A DNA stretch of 64,000 bases from Candidatus Limnocylindrus sp. (GTDB lineage Bacteria > Chloroflexota > Limnocylindria > Limnocylindrales > Limnocylindraceae), in NCBI GenBank assembly GCA_040397215.1, contig JBBAWK010000005.1. One strand, written 5' to 3'. Positions within the stretch are counted from its first letter, which is position 1. Every line of letters starts with the position of its first letter. Positions 1 through 9,545 of this stretch are shown one piece after another. The notes below the pieces were generated by a model. It was not told where the DNA came from and ran no database searches. It saw only the letters and a list, made by a program, of their open reading frames with translations. Both the position numbers and the translations under genes were made by a program.

Positions 1-1
1 C

Positions 2-394
2 GTGGGCATCGGCAAGGCCGGCGAAGTGCCAGAGTCCATCCGCAAGGGGACCGAAGACGCGAAGAAGAACCTCATCCGCGTGCCGTTCCTTGGCACCACA
101 ATTCCGCACCAAGTTTCGGCCGAGCACTCCGCCAGCCGCGTGATGCTCAAGCCAGCCTCGCAGGGAACTGGCGTGATCGCCGGCGGCGCAATTCGCGCGA
201 TCATTACCGCTGCGGGCATTCACGACATCCTCTCCAAGGTCTACGGCTCGTCAAATCCCGTGAACGCAACCCGTGCCGCGATCGAGGCGCTCTCGCAGTT
301 GCGCACGGCTGAGCAGATCTCAGCCGCACGCGGCAAGCGCGTCCGCATCCGCGTCGGCGGCCAAGAGTCGACGCCAGAGGTGCACCATGGCTGA
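2..394 (+). CDS. rpsE: 30S ribosomal protein S5, C-terminal part (5' end outside window)
   Basis: ORF 2..394 translation matches the conserved S5 C-terminal domain (GVIAGGAIRAIITAAGIHDILSKVYGSSNPVN). It sits immediately upstream of rpmD-rplO-secY as in spc operons. Confidence 0.85.
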   Translation: MGIGKAGEVPESIRKGTEDAKKNLIRVPFLGTTIPHQVSAEHSASRVMLKPASQGTGVIAGGAIRAIITAAGIHDILSKVYGSSNPVNATRAAIEALSQLRTAEQISAARGKRVRIRVGGQESTPEVHHG

Positions 395-671
395 GAAGTA
401 CATCAAGGTCACTCAGGTCAAGAGTGAGCTCGGGCATGTTGCGCGAAACCGCGGCACGATTCGTGCACTCGGCCTCGACCGCATCGGTGACACCAACCTT
501 CTCCCCGACAATCCTGCCGTTCGCGGCATGGTGCGCCAGGTGAACTTCCTCGTCTCGGTCGATGAGTTGACTGGCGCAGAGGCTGCTACTGCGGCAACCG
601 CAGTCGCAACGAAGAAGGCACAGAAGGCGAAGAAGCCTGCCAAGGTTAAGAAGGCGAAGGTGACCAAGTGA
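387..671 (+). CDS. rpmD: 50S ribosomal protein L30 with Ala/Lys-rich C-terminal extension (94 aa)
   Basis: ATG at 387 overlaps the rpsE stop (392-394). MAEKYIKVTQVKSELGHVARNRGTIRALGL is the L30 core; the tail is AKKPAKVKKAKVTK-like. Position is between rpsE and rplO. Confidence 0.8.
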   Translation: MAEKYIKVTQVKSELGHVARNRGTIRALGLDRIGDTNLLPDNPAVRGMVRQVNFLVSVDELTGAEAATAATAVATKKAQKAKKPAKVKKAKVTK

Positions 672-1261
672 AGCTCCATGATCTGCAGCCAGCACCAGGG
701 TCAAAGAAGAAGCGAATTCGCGTCGGCCGCGGTATTGCGGCTGGGCGCGGTAAGACTGCCGGTTACGGTACGAAGGGCCAGACCTCACGAAGCGGTGGGA
801 GCATCCCAGCGTGGTTCGAAGGTGGCCAGACGCCAATCCATCGCCGCATTCCTAAGCTTCGCGGCTTCCGCAATGTTCTGCGCGTCGAAGTCGCGGTCGT
901 CAATGTTGGTCGCATTCAGCAGTGGATCGACGCTGGCCGCTTGAAGGGCGAGAGCCCACTCAGCGTGAACGCCGACATCCTTGCCGCAGCGGGCCTCCTC
1001 AAGACTCGAGGGAAGCCGTTGAAGGTGCTCGGCACCGGTGAGATTTCGACGAAGATCCTCTTTGCCGCCAATTCGTTTACCGACAGTGCCGTGGCCAAGA
1101 TCAAGGCTGCTGGCGGTGACATCACGGTGTACGAGAGCGCGACGCCTTCCTCTGCCGCCCCAGTAGGGGTGAAGGCGGGAAAGAACGCTCCAACACCAGG
1201 CAAGAGGGCTCCAGCAAAGCGCGCCACCAAGGCCGCAGGGGCCGACGGCGCAGGCGCCTAA
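668..1261 (+). CDS. rplO: 50S ribosomal protein L15 (197 aa, Ala/Lys/Pro-rich C-terminal tail)
   Basis: GTG start overlaps the rpmD stop. The conserved L15 N-terminus (LHDLQPAPGSKKKRIRVGRGIAAGRGKTAGYGTKGQ) is present, and the gene sits upstream of secY. Confidence 0.9.
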   Translation: MKLHDLQPAPGSKKKRIRVGRGIAAGRGKTAGYGTKGQTSRSGGSIPAWFEGGQTPIHRRIPKLRGFRNVLRVEVAVVNVGRIQQWIDAGRLKGESPLSVNADILAAAGLLKTRGKPLKVLGTGEISTKILFAANSFTDSAVAKIKAAGGDITVYESATPSSAAPVGVKAGKNAPTPGKRAPAKRATKAAGADGAGA

Positions 1262-1317
1262 GGTTAAGTCGCACGTAGGCACAGTGCGCCTACACACAGC
1301 GGTGGAGGAGACGAACG

Positions 1318-2607
1318 ATGATTGACACCCTAGTGAACGCGTTCCGAACCCCCGAGATTCGACGCAAGCTCTTCTTCGTCGCCGCGATGCTCGTCGTCTT
1401 CCGCCTGTTGAGCCATGTACCAGTGCCAGGAGCCGATCCAGCGGCCCTCTCGAACTTCTTCAAGGACAACGCCCTCTTCGGCCTCCTTGACCTCTTCTCA
1501 GGCGGCGGCCTGGCACGATTCAGCGTCGTCGGCCTGGGTCTAAACCCGTACATCAACGCCTCGATCATCATGCAGCTCATGAGCGGCGTGGTGCCGCGCC
1601 TGATCGAACTCAGCCGCGAGGGTGAGTACGGTCGCAACAAGATCAACCAGTACACCCGCTACCTGACCGTGCCGCTCGCGGCGCTGCAGAGCTACGCCTT
1701 CCTCGCACTGCTGAACAGCCAGAACGTGCTGAAGACGCGATTCGACCTGGCCAGCCCAGAGACCCTCGTGCAGATCGTGATCCTCACGACCGGTTCGTTG
1801 CTGTTGATGTGGATCGGCGAGCTTGTCACCGAGCGAGGCATCGGCAACGGGATCAGCTTCATCATCTTTGCGGGCATCATCGGCCGCGTGCCGGGCGCCA
1901 TTCAGGAGTTCTTCAGCGCACCAGATCTCGCCGTGCTGCTCGCCTTCGCCGTCGTCGGCGCTGCGGCTGTTGCAGCGATCATCTTGATCACCGAGGGGCA
2001 GCGCCGCATTCCGGTTGAGTATGCGAGCCGCGTCCGCGGCAATCGCGTCTACCAGGGTGGCCGCACCTTCCTTCCATTGAAGGTCAATCAGGCTGGCGTG
2101 ATCCCAATCATCTTCTCAATGAGCATCCTGCTCTTCCCAGCACAGATCGCCGGCTACTTCACCGCGTCGGAGGTGACGTGGGTCAAGGCTGGGGCACAGT
2201 GGATCGTGGACACACTCGGGCCACAAAACAAGTTGGTCTACCTGCCGTTCTACTTCACCCTCACGGTCGCGTTCACCTACTTCTATACGGCCTTCACATT
2301 CAAGCCTGACGAAACTGCAGACCAGCTGCGCAAGAACGGTGGCTACATCCCAGGCATTCGCCCAGGGATGCCAACGCAGGAGTATCTCGGCAAGGTGGTC
2401 ACGCGTATCACCCTGCTTGGATCGCTCTTCTTGGGACTCGTTGCAGTCTCGCCGTATGCGCTCGGCACACTCTTTGGCGATCTCGGCGGCCTTGGCGTCA
2501 GCCTCGGCGGTACCGGACTCCTGATTGCAGTGAGCGTTGTGGTGGAAACGATGAAGCAGCTCGAGGCGCAGATGTTGATGCGAAATTACGAGGGCTTTAT
2601 TAAGTGA
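1318..2607 (+). CDS. secY: preprotein translocase subunit SecY
   Basis: 429-aa polytopic membrane protein with conserved SecY segments. Canonical position between rplO and adk. Confidence 0.95.
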   Translation: MIDTLVNAFRTPEIRRKLFFVAAMLVVFRLLSHVPVPGADPAALSNFFKDNALFGLLDLFSGGGLARFSVVGLGLNPYINASIIMQLMSGVVPRLIELSREGEYGRNKINQYTRYLTVPLAALQSYAFLALLNSQNVLKTRFDLASPETLVQIVILTTGSLLLMWIGELVTERGIGNGISFIIFAGIIGRVPGAIQEFFSAPDLAVLLAFAVVGAAAVAAIILITEGQRRIPVEYASRVRGNRVYQGGRTFLPLKVNQAGVIPIIFSMSILLFPAQIAGYFTASEVTWVKAGAQWIVDTLGPQNKLVYLPFYFTLTVAFTYFYTAFTFKPDETADQLRKNGGYIPGIRPGMPTQEYLGKVVTRITLLGSLFLGLVAVSPYALGTLFGDLGGLGVSLGGTGLLIAVSVVVETMKQLEAQMLMRNYEGFIK

Positions 2608-3260
2608 TCCTCGTCCTTCTCGGCGCCCCAGGCGCAGGGAAGGGGACGCAAGCGGAGGCACTCTCCGCAGCAACGGGCGCAGCCCACGTTGCAACTGGCG
2701 ACCTCTTCCGTGCTGAAATTTCCGCTGGCTCGCCGCTCGGCCTCGCCGCACAGCGGTTTATTGATGCTGGTCAGTTGGTCCCCGACGAGGTCACCATCAA
2801 CATGATCCAAGCGCGTCTTGCCAAGGCAGATGCAGCGAACCGCGTCATCATTGACGGCTTTCCGCGCAATCCTGCACAGGCAACCGCACTTGATGCGGCG
2901 TATGCGGCGAGCGGTCGGTTGATTACCGCCGTACTGCTGCAGGTGGACGACGCGATCCTTGCAGAGCGCCTCACCGCGCGACGAGTCTGCCCGTCATGTG
3001 GGCGCTCGTATCACCTCCTCAGCCGCCCGCCGCAGAGCCATGGGGTGTGCGACGTGTGCGCCACGGCGCTGGTTACCCGGAGTGACGACGCGCCCGAGAC
3101 CGTTGCGCTCCGACTGGCAAATCAGCTGGCTGCCCTTGGCTCGGTTGTTGAACTCTATCGCGCAACTGGCCGCCTTACGGAGGTGAGCGGCGTTGGAACC
3201 ATTGATGAGGTCCAAGGTCGGCTAGCGGCGGCTGCCGCTTCCGTCGGGCTGACGGCCTAG
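2604..3260 (+). CDS. adk: adenylate kinase
   Basis: P-loop GAPGAGKGTQAE; zinc lid CPSCGRSY...CDVCATAL. Has a 4-nt overlap with secY. Confidence 0.95.
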   Translation: MILVLLGAPGAGKGTQAEALSAATGAAHVATGDLFRAEISAGSPLGLAAQRFIDAGQLVPDEVTINMIQARLAKADAANRVIIDGFPRNPAQATALDAAYAASGRLITAVLLQVDDAILAERLTARRVCPSCGRSYHLLSRPPQSHGVCDVCATALVTRSDDAPETVALRLANQLAALGSVVELYRATGRLTEVSGVGTIDEVQGRLAAAAASVGLTA

Positions 3261-3262
3261 CG

Positions 3263-4018
3263 ATGGGCGCGATCACCCGCAAGAGCCCAGCCGAGATCGC
3301 GTTGATGCGGCGGGCCGGCGCCATCGTTGCCGAGATTCATGAGCTCGTACAGGCCGCGGCTGTTCCCGGTGCGAGCACCGCCGAGCTGAACGCGATCGCG
3401 GAGCGCTGCATTGAGCGCCACGGGGCAACGTCGAATTTCAAGGGCTACCACGGCTTTCCGTCCGTCATCTGCATCTCGCTCGATAGCGAGGTGGTGCATG
3501 GCATCCCCGGCGACCGCGAGATCAAAGAGGGGATGCTCGTCTCCATTGACGCAGGGGCCATCTGGGATGGCTGGCATGCCGACGGGGCGCGTAGCTTTGT
3601 GGTCGGCGAAGGGTCTCCAGAGGCGAAGCGCCTGGTTGCAGTGACCCGCGAGGCCCTGGATGCCGGCATCGCCGCCGCCCACCCAGGGGCGACCATTGAA
3701 GAGATCTCTGGGGCAATTGAGGCTGTCGCCCTGCGGGCAGGGTACGGGATCGTTCGCCCTTACGTTGGCCATGGCATCGGCCGTGCCATGCATGAAGCCC
3801 CACAGGTACCCAACTACCGCACCGGCCGCAAGAGTCTGACCCTGGCGGAGGGGCACTGCCTGGCGATTGAGCCGATGCTCACCTTCGGGTCGCCTGAGGT
3901 GGGGGTCATGGACGACGAGTGGACAGTTGTAACAATTGACGGGAGCCTCGCGGCACACTGGGAAGAGAGCATCGCCATCGTGGCGGGGGGCTCCACCATC
4001 CTCACGAGGGGGTCATGA
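3263..4018 (+). CDS. map: methionine aminopeptidase type I
   Basis: 251-aa pita-bread fold with MetAP metal ligands in conserved context (HGIPGDREIKEGMLVSIDAG...VGHGIGRAMHE). Position after adk. Confidence 0.95.
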   Translation: MGAITRKSPAEIALMRRAGAIVAEIHELVQAAAVPGASTAELNAIAERCIERHGATSNFKGYHGFPSVICISLDSEVVHGIPGDREIKEGMLVSIDAGAIWDGWHADGARSFVVGEGSPEAKRLVAVTREALDAGIAAAHPGATIEEISGAIEAVALRAGYGIVRPYVGHGIGRAMHEAPQVPNYRTGRKSLTLAEGHCLAIEPMLTFGSPEVGVMDDEWTVVTIDGSLAAHWEESIAIVAGGSTILTRGS

Positions 4019-4093
4019 ACGCCCCGTTCGTGCGTGGATCGTGGGGCTCTGCTACTCTCTCCCCTCTCGCGTCTGCGGACTCCGTAGCGCGCC

Positions 4094-4111
4094 GTCTCGG
4101 TCTTCCGAGAC
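4094..4111 (+). promoter_or_regulatory. stem-loop in the infA leader (GTCTCGG-tctt-CCGAGAC)
   Basis: Perfect 7-bp stem with a 4-nt loop, about 25 nt upstream of the infA TTG start, in the 118-nt map-infA spacer. Confidence 0.3.
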
Positions 4112-4136
4112 CCAGTAACGCGTTCTGATCGGGGGT

Positions 4137-4358
4137 TTGTTGGCGAAGAAAGATTCGATCGAGGTCGAGGGGACCGTTGTTGAGCCGCTACCGAACACAT
4201 CGTTCGTGATCGAGCTTGAAAATGGCCACCGGATCCGCGCCTATATCAGTGGAAAGCTTCGGACGAATTTCATCCGAATCCTTCCAGGTGATCGGGTGAA
4301 GGTCGAACTCTCGCCATACGATCTGACCCAGGGTCGGATCACCTACCGGTTGAAGTAG
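4137..4358 (+). CDS. infA: translation initiation factor IF-1 (TTG start)
   Basis: [68 protein letters not shown] is a near-canonical IF-1 S1 fold. Confidence 0.9.
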   Translation: MLAKKDSIEVEGTVVEPLPNTSFVIELENGHRIRAYISGKLRTNFIRILPGDRVKVELSPYDLTQGRITYRLK

Positions 4359-4395
4359 CAGCACGAGCGGTGCGCCGCTCACAGCAGGAGAACGA

Positions 4396-4509
4396 GTGAA
4401 AGTATCTGCGTCAGTCAAGGTTCGTTGCGACAAGTGCCTCGTGATTAAGCGGCACGGTCGCGTCATGGTCATTTGCGAAAACCCGAAGCACAAGCAGCGA
4501 CAGGGTTAG
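4396..4509 (+). CDS. rpmJ: 50S ribosomal protein L36 (37 aa; GTG start; not in ORF track because it is short)
   Basis: Manual translation GTG..TAG gives [37 protein letters not shown] with the L36 zinc-ribbon CxxC...C...H. Lies between infA and rpsM as in alpha operons; the stop is 3 nt before the rpsM ATG. Confidence 0.85.
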   Translation: MKVSASVKVRCDKCLVIKRHGRVMVICENPKHKQRQG

Positions 4510-4512
4510 CTG

Positions 4513-4890
4513 ATGGCTCGTATTGCAGGCGTCGATATTCCGCGCGAGAAGCGTGTTGAGATCGCCCTTACCTACATCTTCGGCGTTGGCCTGACCACCA
4601 GCCAGAAGATCTTGGCGCAGACCTCCATCAATCCCGACACGCGCGTGCGCGATCTCACCGAAGACCAGGTCAACCGACTTCGCGAAGTCATCGACAAGGG
4701 CCGCAAGGTCGAGGGTGACCTCCGCCGCGAGATTGCCATGAACATCAAGCGACTGATCGAGGTTGGCACCTACCGTGGTACCCGACATCGCAAGAACCTC
4801 CCGTCACGCGGACAGCGCACGAAGACCAACGCACGACAGCGCCGTGGCGCTCGCAAGACCGTCGCCGGCAAGAAGATTGAGAAGAAGTAG
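4513..4890 (+). CDS. rpsM: 30S ribosomal protein S13
   Basis: [26 protein letters not shown] is the S13 signature N-terminus. Confidence 0.95.
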   Translation: MARIAGVDIPREKRVEIALTYIFGVGLTTSQKILAQTSINPDTRVRDLTEDQVNRLREVIDKGRKVEGDLRREIAMNIKRLIEVGTYRGTRHRKNLPSRGQRTKTNARQRRGARKTVAGKKIEKK

Positions 4891-4898
4891 GTAGAGAG

Positions 4899-5300
4899 AT
4901 GGCTGAAGAGAAGAAGAAGCGCGCACCGAAGACTCGACGTCGCGAGAAGAAGAACGTGCCGGTCGGGCATGTGCACATCGCCGCCTCGTTCAACAACACC
5001 CTCGTATCAATCACCGACCTAACGGGCGCGGTGCTTTCGTGGGGATCGGGTGGCGTCGCTGGCTTCAAGGGCTCACGCAAGAGCACCCCGTACGCCGCAT
5101 CGCTCGGAGCTGAGGCAGCCGCACGCAAGGCGATGGAGCACGGGCTTCGCTCGGTTGCCGTCTTCGTGAAGGGGCCTGGCGCAGGACGCGAGCAGGCAAT
5201 CCGCGGTCTACAGACGGCGGGCCTCGACATCACCGCAATCACCGATGTGACGCCGCTGCCTCACAACGGCTGCCGTCCTCCGAAGAAGCGCCGAGTCTAG
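4899..5300 (+). CDS. rpsK: 30S ribosomal protein S11
   Basis: [30 protein letters not shown] matches S11. Confidence 0.95.
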   Translation: MAEEKKKRAPKTRRREKKNVPVGHVHIAASFNNTLVSITDLTGAVLSWGSGGVAGFKGSRKSTPYAASLGAEAAARKAMEHGLRSVAVFVKGPGAGREQAIRGLQTAGLDITAITDVTPLPHNGCRPPKKRRV

Positions 5301-5312
5301 GGGAGTAGAAGC

Positions 5313-5939
5313 ATGGGTCGAGATACCGGACCAGTCTGCCGCCAGTGCCGCCGAGAGGGCGCAAAGCTCTTCTTGAAGGGTGCGCGCTGCTATACGAAGA
5401 AGTGCTCGTTCGAGAAGCGCCCTACCCCTCCAGGCATGCACATGATGCGCCGCCGCAAGGTTGGCGACTACGGCCTGCAGCTGCGCGAGAAGCAGAAGAT
5501 GCGCCGCGTCTATCGCATTGGCGAGACCCAGTTCCGCCGCCTCTTTGAGGCCGCTGAGCGTGGCACCGACGTGACCGGTGAGAATCTGCTCCGCCTCCTT
5601 GAGCTTCGATTTGACAACGTCGTCTACCGTCTTGGGCTCGCCAGCTCGCGAGACCAGGCACGCCAGTTGATCACCCACGGCCACCTCTCCATCAATGGTC
5701 AGGCTGTCAACATTCCGTCGTACTCACTGAAGCCAGGCGATGTCATCTCGGTCCGCGAAGGGCGAGCTGACATTGGGCCATTCAAGGAGGCCGCAGGCAC
5801 TCTTTCAGGAAATGGCATCCAGGAGTGGCTCCGCGTGGATGCCACCAAGTTGACCGGTACGGTGGTCGCTGCTCCGCGGCGCGATCAGATGCCGGGCGAC
5901 TTCAATGAACAACTCGTCGTCGAGTTCTACTCGCGGTAA
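5313..5939 (+). CDS. rpsD: 30S ribosomal protein S4 (zinc-ribbon type)
   Basis: N-terminal CRQCRREG...CYTKKC zinc ribbon, then S4/S1-like RNA-binding domain. Confidence 0.95.
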   Translation: MGRDTGPVCRQCRREGAKLFLKGARCYTKKCSFEKRPTPPGMHMMRRRKVGDYGLQLREKQKMRRVYRIGETQFRRLFEAAERGTDVTGENLLRLLELRFDNVVYRLGLASSRDQARQLITHGHLSINGQAVNIPSYSLKPGDVISVREGRADIGPFKEAAGTLSGNGIQEWLRVDATKLTGTVVAAPRRDQMPGDFNEQLVVEFYSR

Positions 5940-5953
5940 GAGGGAGAGAGAAT

Positions 5954-6958
5954 ATGTCCGATGCACTGACCACCAAGATCGCCCCGCTCGAGGAGCTCGG
6001 CTCGTACGGCAAGTACGAGGCTGGCCCATTCGCGCCAGGCTACGGCGTTACCCTCGGCAACGCGCTGCGCCGTGTCCTCCTCGGATCGCTGGAAGGTGCC
6101 GCAGTCACCGCCGTGCAGATTGACGGTGTCATGCAGGAGTTCTCCTCGCTGCCAGGGGTCCGCGAAGACGTCGTGCAGATCCTCCAAAACGTCAAGAAGA
6201 TTCGCCTTCGCAGCTTTGCGAAGGAGCGCATCGAGCTCACCCTTTCGAAGAAGGGGGCAGGCCCGGTCACCGCTGGCGACATCAAGCCGAACGGCCAGAT
6301 TGAGATCGTCAATCCAGAGTTGGTTCTTGCAACGCTCGACTCCGACAAGGCGTCCATTGAGGCCACCCTCGTCGTTGAGACCGGAGTTGGCTACGTCTCC
6401 TCAGACCGCGTTGATGCGGACCCTGAGGGCGAGGTACGTCCGCGTGGCGTGATGAGCGTTGACGCCATCTTTACCCCAGTTCGCAAGGTCAACTTCACTG
6501 TTGAGAACACGCGCGTCGGCCAAGATGTCGACCGCGAGAAGCTCATCCTTGAGATTGAGACCGACGGCACGATTACGCCAGAGGCTGCTGTCCGCAAGGC
6601 TGCGGCAATCCTCGTCAGCCAGTTCACGGCCTTCTCCGGCCTCGGCGAGGTCCCAGCGGCTGCGCCAGCGGCAGAGGCTGGCGGCAACCTTCTTGACGTT
6701 TCGATTGAGGATCTTGATCTGCCGATGCGCGCCTATAACGCGCTGAAGCGCGCTGGCATCCTCAAGGTCCGCCAGCTCCTCACCGCCCTTGATGGCGGAG
6801 AGATGGAGCTCCTCAAGTTGCGCAACTTTGGCCAGAAGAGCCTCAACGAGGTTCGCGAGAAACTCGTTGAGCGCGGGTTCGATGTGCCTGAGAGCACCAT
6901 CCCTGCCGACGCCATTTTTGACGAGGATGAGAGCGCCGACGACGAGGAGAAGCCCTAA
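5954..6958 (+). CDS. rpoA: DNA-directed RNA polymerase alpha subunit
   Basis: 334 aa. N-terminal dimerisation domain and C-terminal domain (LDLPMRAYNALKRAGI) with acidic tail. Confidence 0.95.
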   Translation: MSDALTTKIAPLEELGSYGKYEAGPFAPGYGVTLGNALRRVLLGSLEGAAVTAVQIDGVMQEFSSLPGVREDVVQILQNVKKIRLRSFAKERIELTLSKKGAGPVTAGDIKPNGQIEIVNPELVLATLDSDKASIEATLVVETGVGYVSSDRVDADPEGEVRPRGVMSVDAIFTPVRKVNFTVENTRVGQDVDREKLILEIETDGTITPEAAVRKAAAILVSQFTAFSGLGEVPAAAPAAEAGGNLLDVSIEDLDLPMRAYNALKRAGILKVRQLLTALDGGEMELLKLRNFGQKSLNEVREKLVERGFDVPESTIPADAIFDEDESADDEEKP

Positions 6959-7314
6959 TGACCTCGCACGCGATTGGCGGACGCAAGCTCTCCCGCAAGC
7001 AGGGGCCGCGCCTCGCCCTTTATAAGAACCTCATAGTTTCCGTATTGCGGTACGAGCGTATCCAGACGACTGAGGCCAAGGCCAAGGAGATTCGTCCGCA
7101 GGTTGAGCAGATCATTACGCTCGCCAAGAAGGGTGGCCTCTCGGCCCGACGCGCAGTGATTGCAGCCCTCCCGGAAGAGCCGCTCGTCGTTGAGAAGCTC
7201 TTTGATGAGATCGTGCCGAAGTATGCGAACCGCAAGTCAGGCTACTGTCGCATCACCAAGATTGGCATCCGCCAGGGTGACTCGGCGCCGCTTGTGCAGC
7301 TTGAGTTGGTCTAG
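6958..7314 (+). CDS. rplQ: 50S ribosomal protein L17
   Basis: ATG overlaps the rpoA stop. RKLSRKQGPRLALYKNLIVSVLRYERIQTTEAKAKEIRP is the L17 signature. Confidence 0.9.
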   Translation: MTSHAIGGRKLSRKQGPRLALYKNLIVSVLRYERIQTTEAKAKEIRPQVEQIITLAKKGGLSARRAVIAALPEEPLVVEKLFDEIVPKYANRKSGYCRITKIGIRQGDSAPLVQLELV

Positions 7315-7323
7315 GGGGATCAG

Positions 7324-7755
7324 ATGAACACGAAGACCTGGACACCTCGCGCCGCAGAAATCGAGCGCCGCTGGTTCGTGATCGATGCCGAGGGTCAGAC
7401 CCTTGGCCGACTCGCGACGAAGGTGGCCTCAACGCTGATGGGGAAGGGGAAGCCAACCTTCGCTGACCACCTCGATTCGGGTGACTTCGTGATCGTGATC
7501 AACTCCGCGAAGCTGGTTGTTACCGGCGACCGACTCCTTTCGAAGAAGTACCACTCGCACTCTGGGCAGCCAGGTGGTTACCGCATGGAGGTCCTCGGCG
7601 ACCTGCTGAAGCGCAAGCCAAACGAGGCGATTCGCCGAGCCGTTAAGGGGATGCTCCCAAAGACGAAGCTCGGCAATGCACAGATCCGGAAGTTGAAGGT
7701 CTATGCCGATGCGGATCATCCGCACGCTCCACAGAAGCCGGAGCCCCTCGCGTGA
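7324..7755 (+). CDS. rplM: 50S ribosomal protein L13
   Basis: [25 protein letters not shown] is the L13 N-terminus. Followed by rpsI with a 4-nt overlap. Confidence 0.95.
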   Translation: MNTKTWTPRAAEIERRWFVIDAEGQTLGRLATKVASTLMGKGKPTFADHLDSGDFVIVINSAKLVVTGDRLLSKKYHSHSGQPGGYRMEVLGDLLKRKPNEAIRRAVKGMLPKTKLGNAQIRKLKVYADADHPHAPQKPEPLA

Positions 7756-8171
7756 GCCCGAAGGAGAAGAGCGTGGCCAGTCTGCCGTACTACCAGGGAA
7801 CCGGTCGACGCAAGACCTCCGTTGCGCGCGTTCGCCTCGTTGCTGGTGAGGGCCAGATTGTCATCAATGGACGCACCTATGAACAGCACTTTGGCGGCGC
7901 CATTCCGCAGTCTGAAGTGTTCGCGCCATACCGAGTCACCGGCACCGAGGGTCGCTTCAATGCGATGGTGAAGGTTGAGGGCGGCGGCATCTCTGGCCAA
8001 GCAGGCGCAATTCGCCACGGCATCTCACGCGCACTCCTCTCCGCTGATCCAGAGGCGTACCGACTACCACTCCGCCAAGCTGGATTCCTGACGCGCGACC
8101 CGCGCGCCAAGGAGCGCAAGAAGTACGGTCTCGTCCGCGCACGCAAGGCGAAGCAGTTCACCAAGCGCTGA
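7752..8171 (+). CDS. rpsI: 30S ribosomal protein S9
   Basis: [14 protein letters not shown]...[19 protein letters not shown]...[17 protein letters not shown] is S9. Confidence 0.95.
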   Translation: MSPKEKSVASLPYYQGTGRRKTSVARVRLVAGEGQIVINGRTYEQHFGGAIPQSEVFAPYRVTGTEGRFNAMVKVEGGGISGQAGAIRHGISRALLSADPEAYRLPLRQAGFLTRDPRAKERKKYGLVRARKAKQFTKR

Positions 8172-8189
8172 TCTAACGCAAGGACGCCC

Positions 8190-9536
8190 GTGACCACGGT
8201 TCGCTTCGGCACCGATGGGATCCGCGGGATCGCTGGCGACACACTTACCGTTGAGATGGCTGCCGCACTCGGTGTCGCCCTGATGCAGCAGCACCCGGCG
8301 GGTCTTGTTCTTCTTGGGCGCGATACCCGACCGAGCGGAGCCGAGCTCTCCGCCGCGCTCGCAGGCGCGATTGAGGCGCACGGCGGAACCGTCATCGATG
8401 TTGGCGTTATCCCAACGCCTGGACTCGCCTCACTCGTTGCAGGCGAGCCACACGCTGCCTGCGGCGTGGTGGTGACGGCATCACACAATCCCGTCGAGTA
8501 CAACGGCTTGAAGGTGCTCGCACGCGATGGGCGAAAGATTCCTGATGCGCAGGAGCGAGCGCTTGAGGCAGCAATGGAGCGTGCTCTCGCAGGAGGCCTG
8601 CGGGTAGTTGCCCCATCAGCGTCACACGCAGAGGAGGCCCAGGCATATCGCGAGCGATACGAACGAACGTTGGCCGATCTTGCCCACACAGTGAGTGCCA
8701 GCGCCATGAGCGTGGTGATTGATGCGGCACACGGCGCCGCCTCACCATTTGCCGTTGCGGCACTCGCCGCCACAGGGGCAACAGTTGTGCCATTTGCGAT
8801 GGGTGATGGCGTGATCAATGATCGTGTTGGTGCCACCGACCCCGCGGCACTCGGCGAGCAGGTGCGCGCGCACGGCGCCGATCTCGGCATCGCGCTTGAC
8901 GGTGACGCTGATCGCTGCGTCGTCGTCGACGCGAGTGGGCGAGCCATTGATGGTGACGTCTTGATCGCCCTCATCGCACTCGATCGGAAGGGGCGAGGAG
9001 TTGCCGGATCTGACCGCGCCGTCGCCACGGTGCTGACCAACAGTGGCGTGGAGCGCCATCTTGCCGCTCACGGGATAGCCCTGGAGCGCACCCCCGTCGG
9101 CGACCGACACATCGCTGAACGACTCGCCGCTGGCGCGGGCGGATTCGGTGGCGAGAAGAGTGGTCACCTCCTCTTCAGGGAGCTCTCACCGACCGGTGAT
9201 GGGCTCCTCAGCGCGATTACCGTGCTCGGGCTCGTCGCCCGCGCGGGGATCCCCGTTGGGGAGATGGCAGACGCCATCCCCCTTGACCCACAACTCCAGC
9301 GCACGGTGCCGGTGCCCCCAGGTGAGGGGGAGCGACTGCTCGCGGAGCCTGATCTTCAGAACGCCATTCGCCAGACTGAGGTGGCACTTGCACAGACAGG
9401 CGGACGCGTACTTGTGCGCCTCTCTGGGACCGAGCCCCTGCTCCGAGTGATGGGCGAGGGCCCCGATCACGCAGCGGTCAGCGCCGCCGTTGAACGCCTG
9501 CTTGAGGTCGCCGCGAGCCTCGTACGCGGGCGGTAG
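8190..9536 (+). CDS. glmM: phosphoglucosamine mutase
   Basis: Phosphoserine loop TASHNPVEYNGLKV, 448 aa. Position rplM-rpsI-glmM is as in actinobacteria. Confidence 0.9.
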   Translation: MTTVRFGTDGIRGIAGDTLTVEMAAALGVALMQQHPAGLVLLGRDTRPSGAELSAALAGAIEAHGGTVIDVGVIPTPGLASLVAGEPHAACGVVVTASHNPVEYNGLKVLARDGRKIPDAQERALEAAMERALAGGLRVVAPSASHAEEAQAYRERYERTLADLAHTVSASAMSVVIDAAHGAASPFAVAALAATGATVVPFAMGDGVINDRVGATDPAALGEQVRAHGADLGIALDGDADRCVVVDASGRAIDGDVLIALIALDRKGRGVAGSDRAVATVLTNSGVERHLAAHGIALERTPVGDRHIAERLAAGAGGFGGEKSGHLLFRELSPTGDGLLSAITVLGLVARAGIPVGEMADAIPLDPQLQRTVPVPPGEGERLLAEPDLQNAIRQTEVALAQTGGRVLVRLSGTEPLLRVMGEGPDHAAVSAAVERLLEVAASLVRGR

Positions 9537-9545
9537 ACTACCGCT

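Noticed and set aside
1275-1293. Small hairpin GTAGGC-acagtgc-GCCTAC in the rplO-secY spacer
   Set aside because: It has only 6 bp. It could be an attenuator, but it is too weak to call without expression or conservation data.
7877-9040. 387-aa minus-strand ORF antisense to glmM. Similar long antisense ORFs are 51905..53818 (-), 41845..43242 (-), 32808..33614 (-), 19628..20137 (-) and 35606..36169 (-).
   Set aside because: They have Arg/Ala/Ser/Pro-rich low-complexity translations. They lie fully inside well-supported genes on the other strand. This is the typical stop-codon-poor shadow frame of a high-GC genome.
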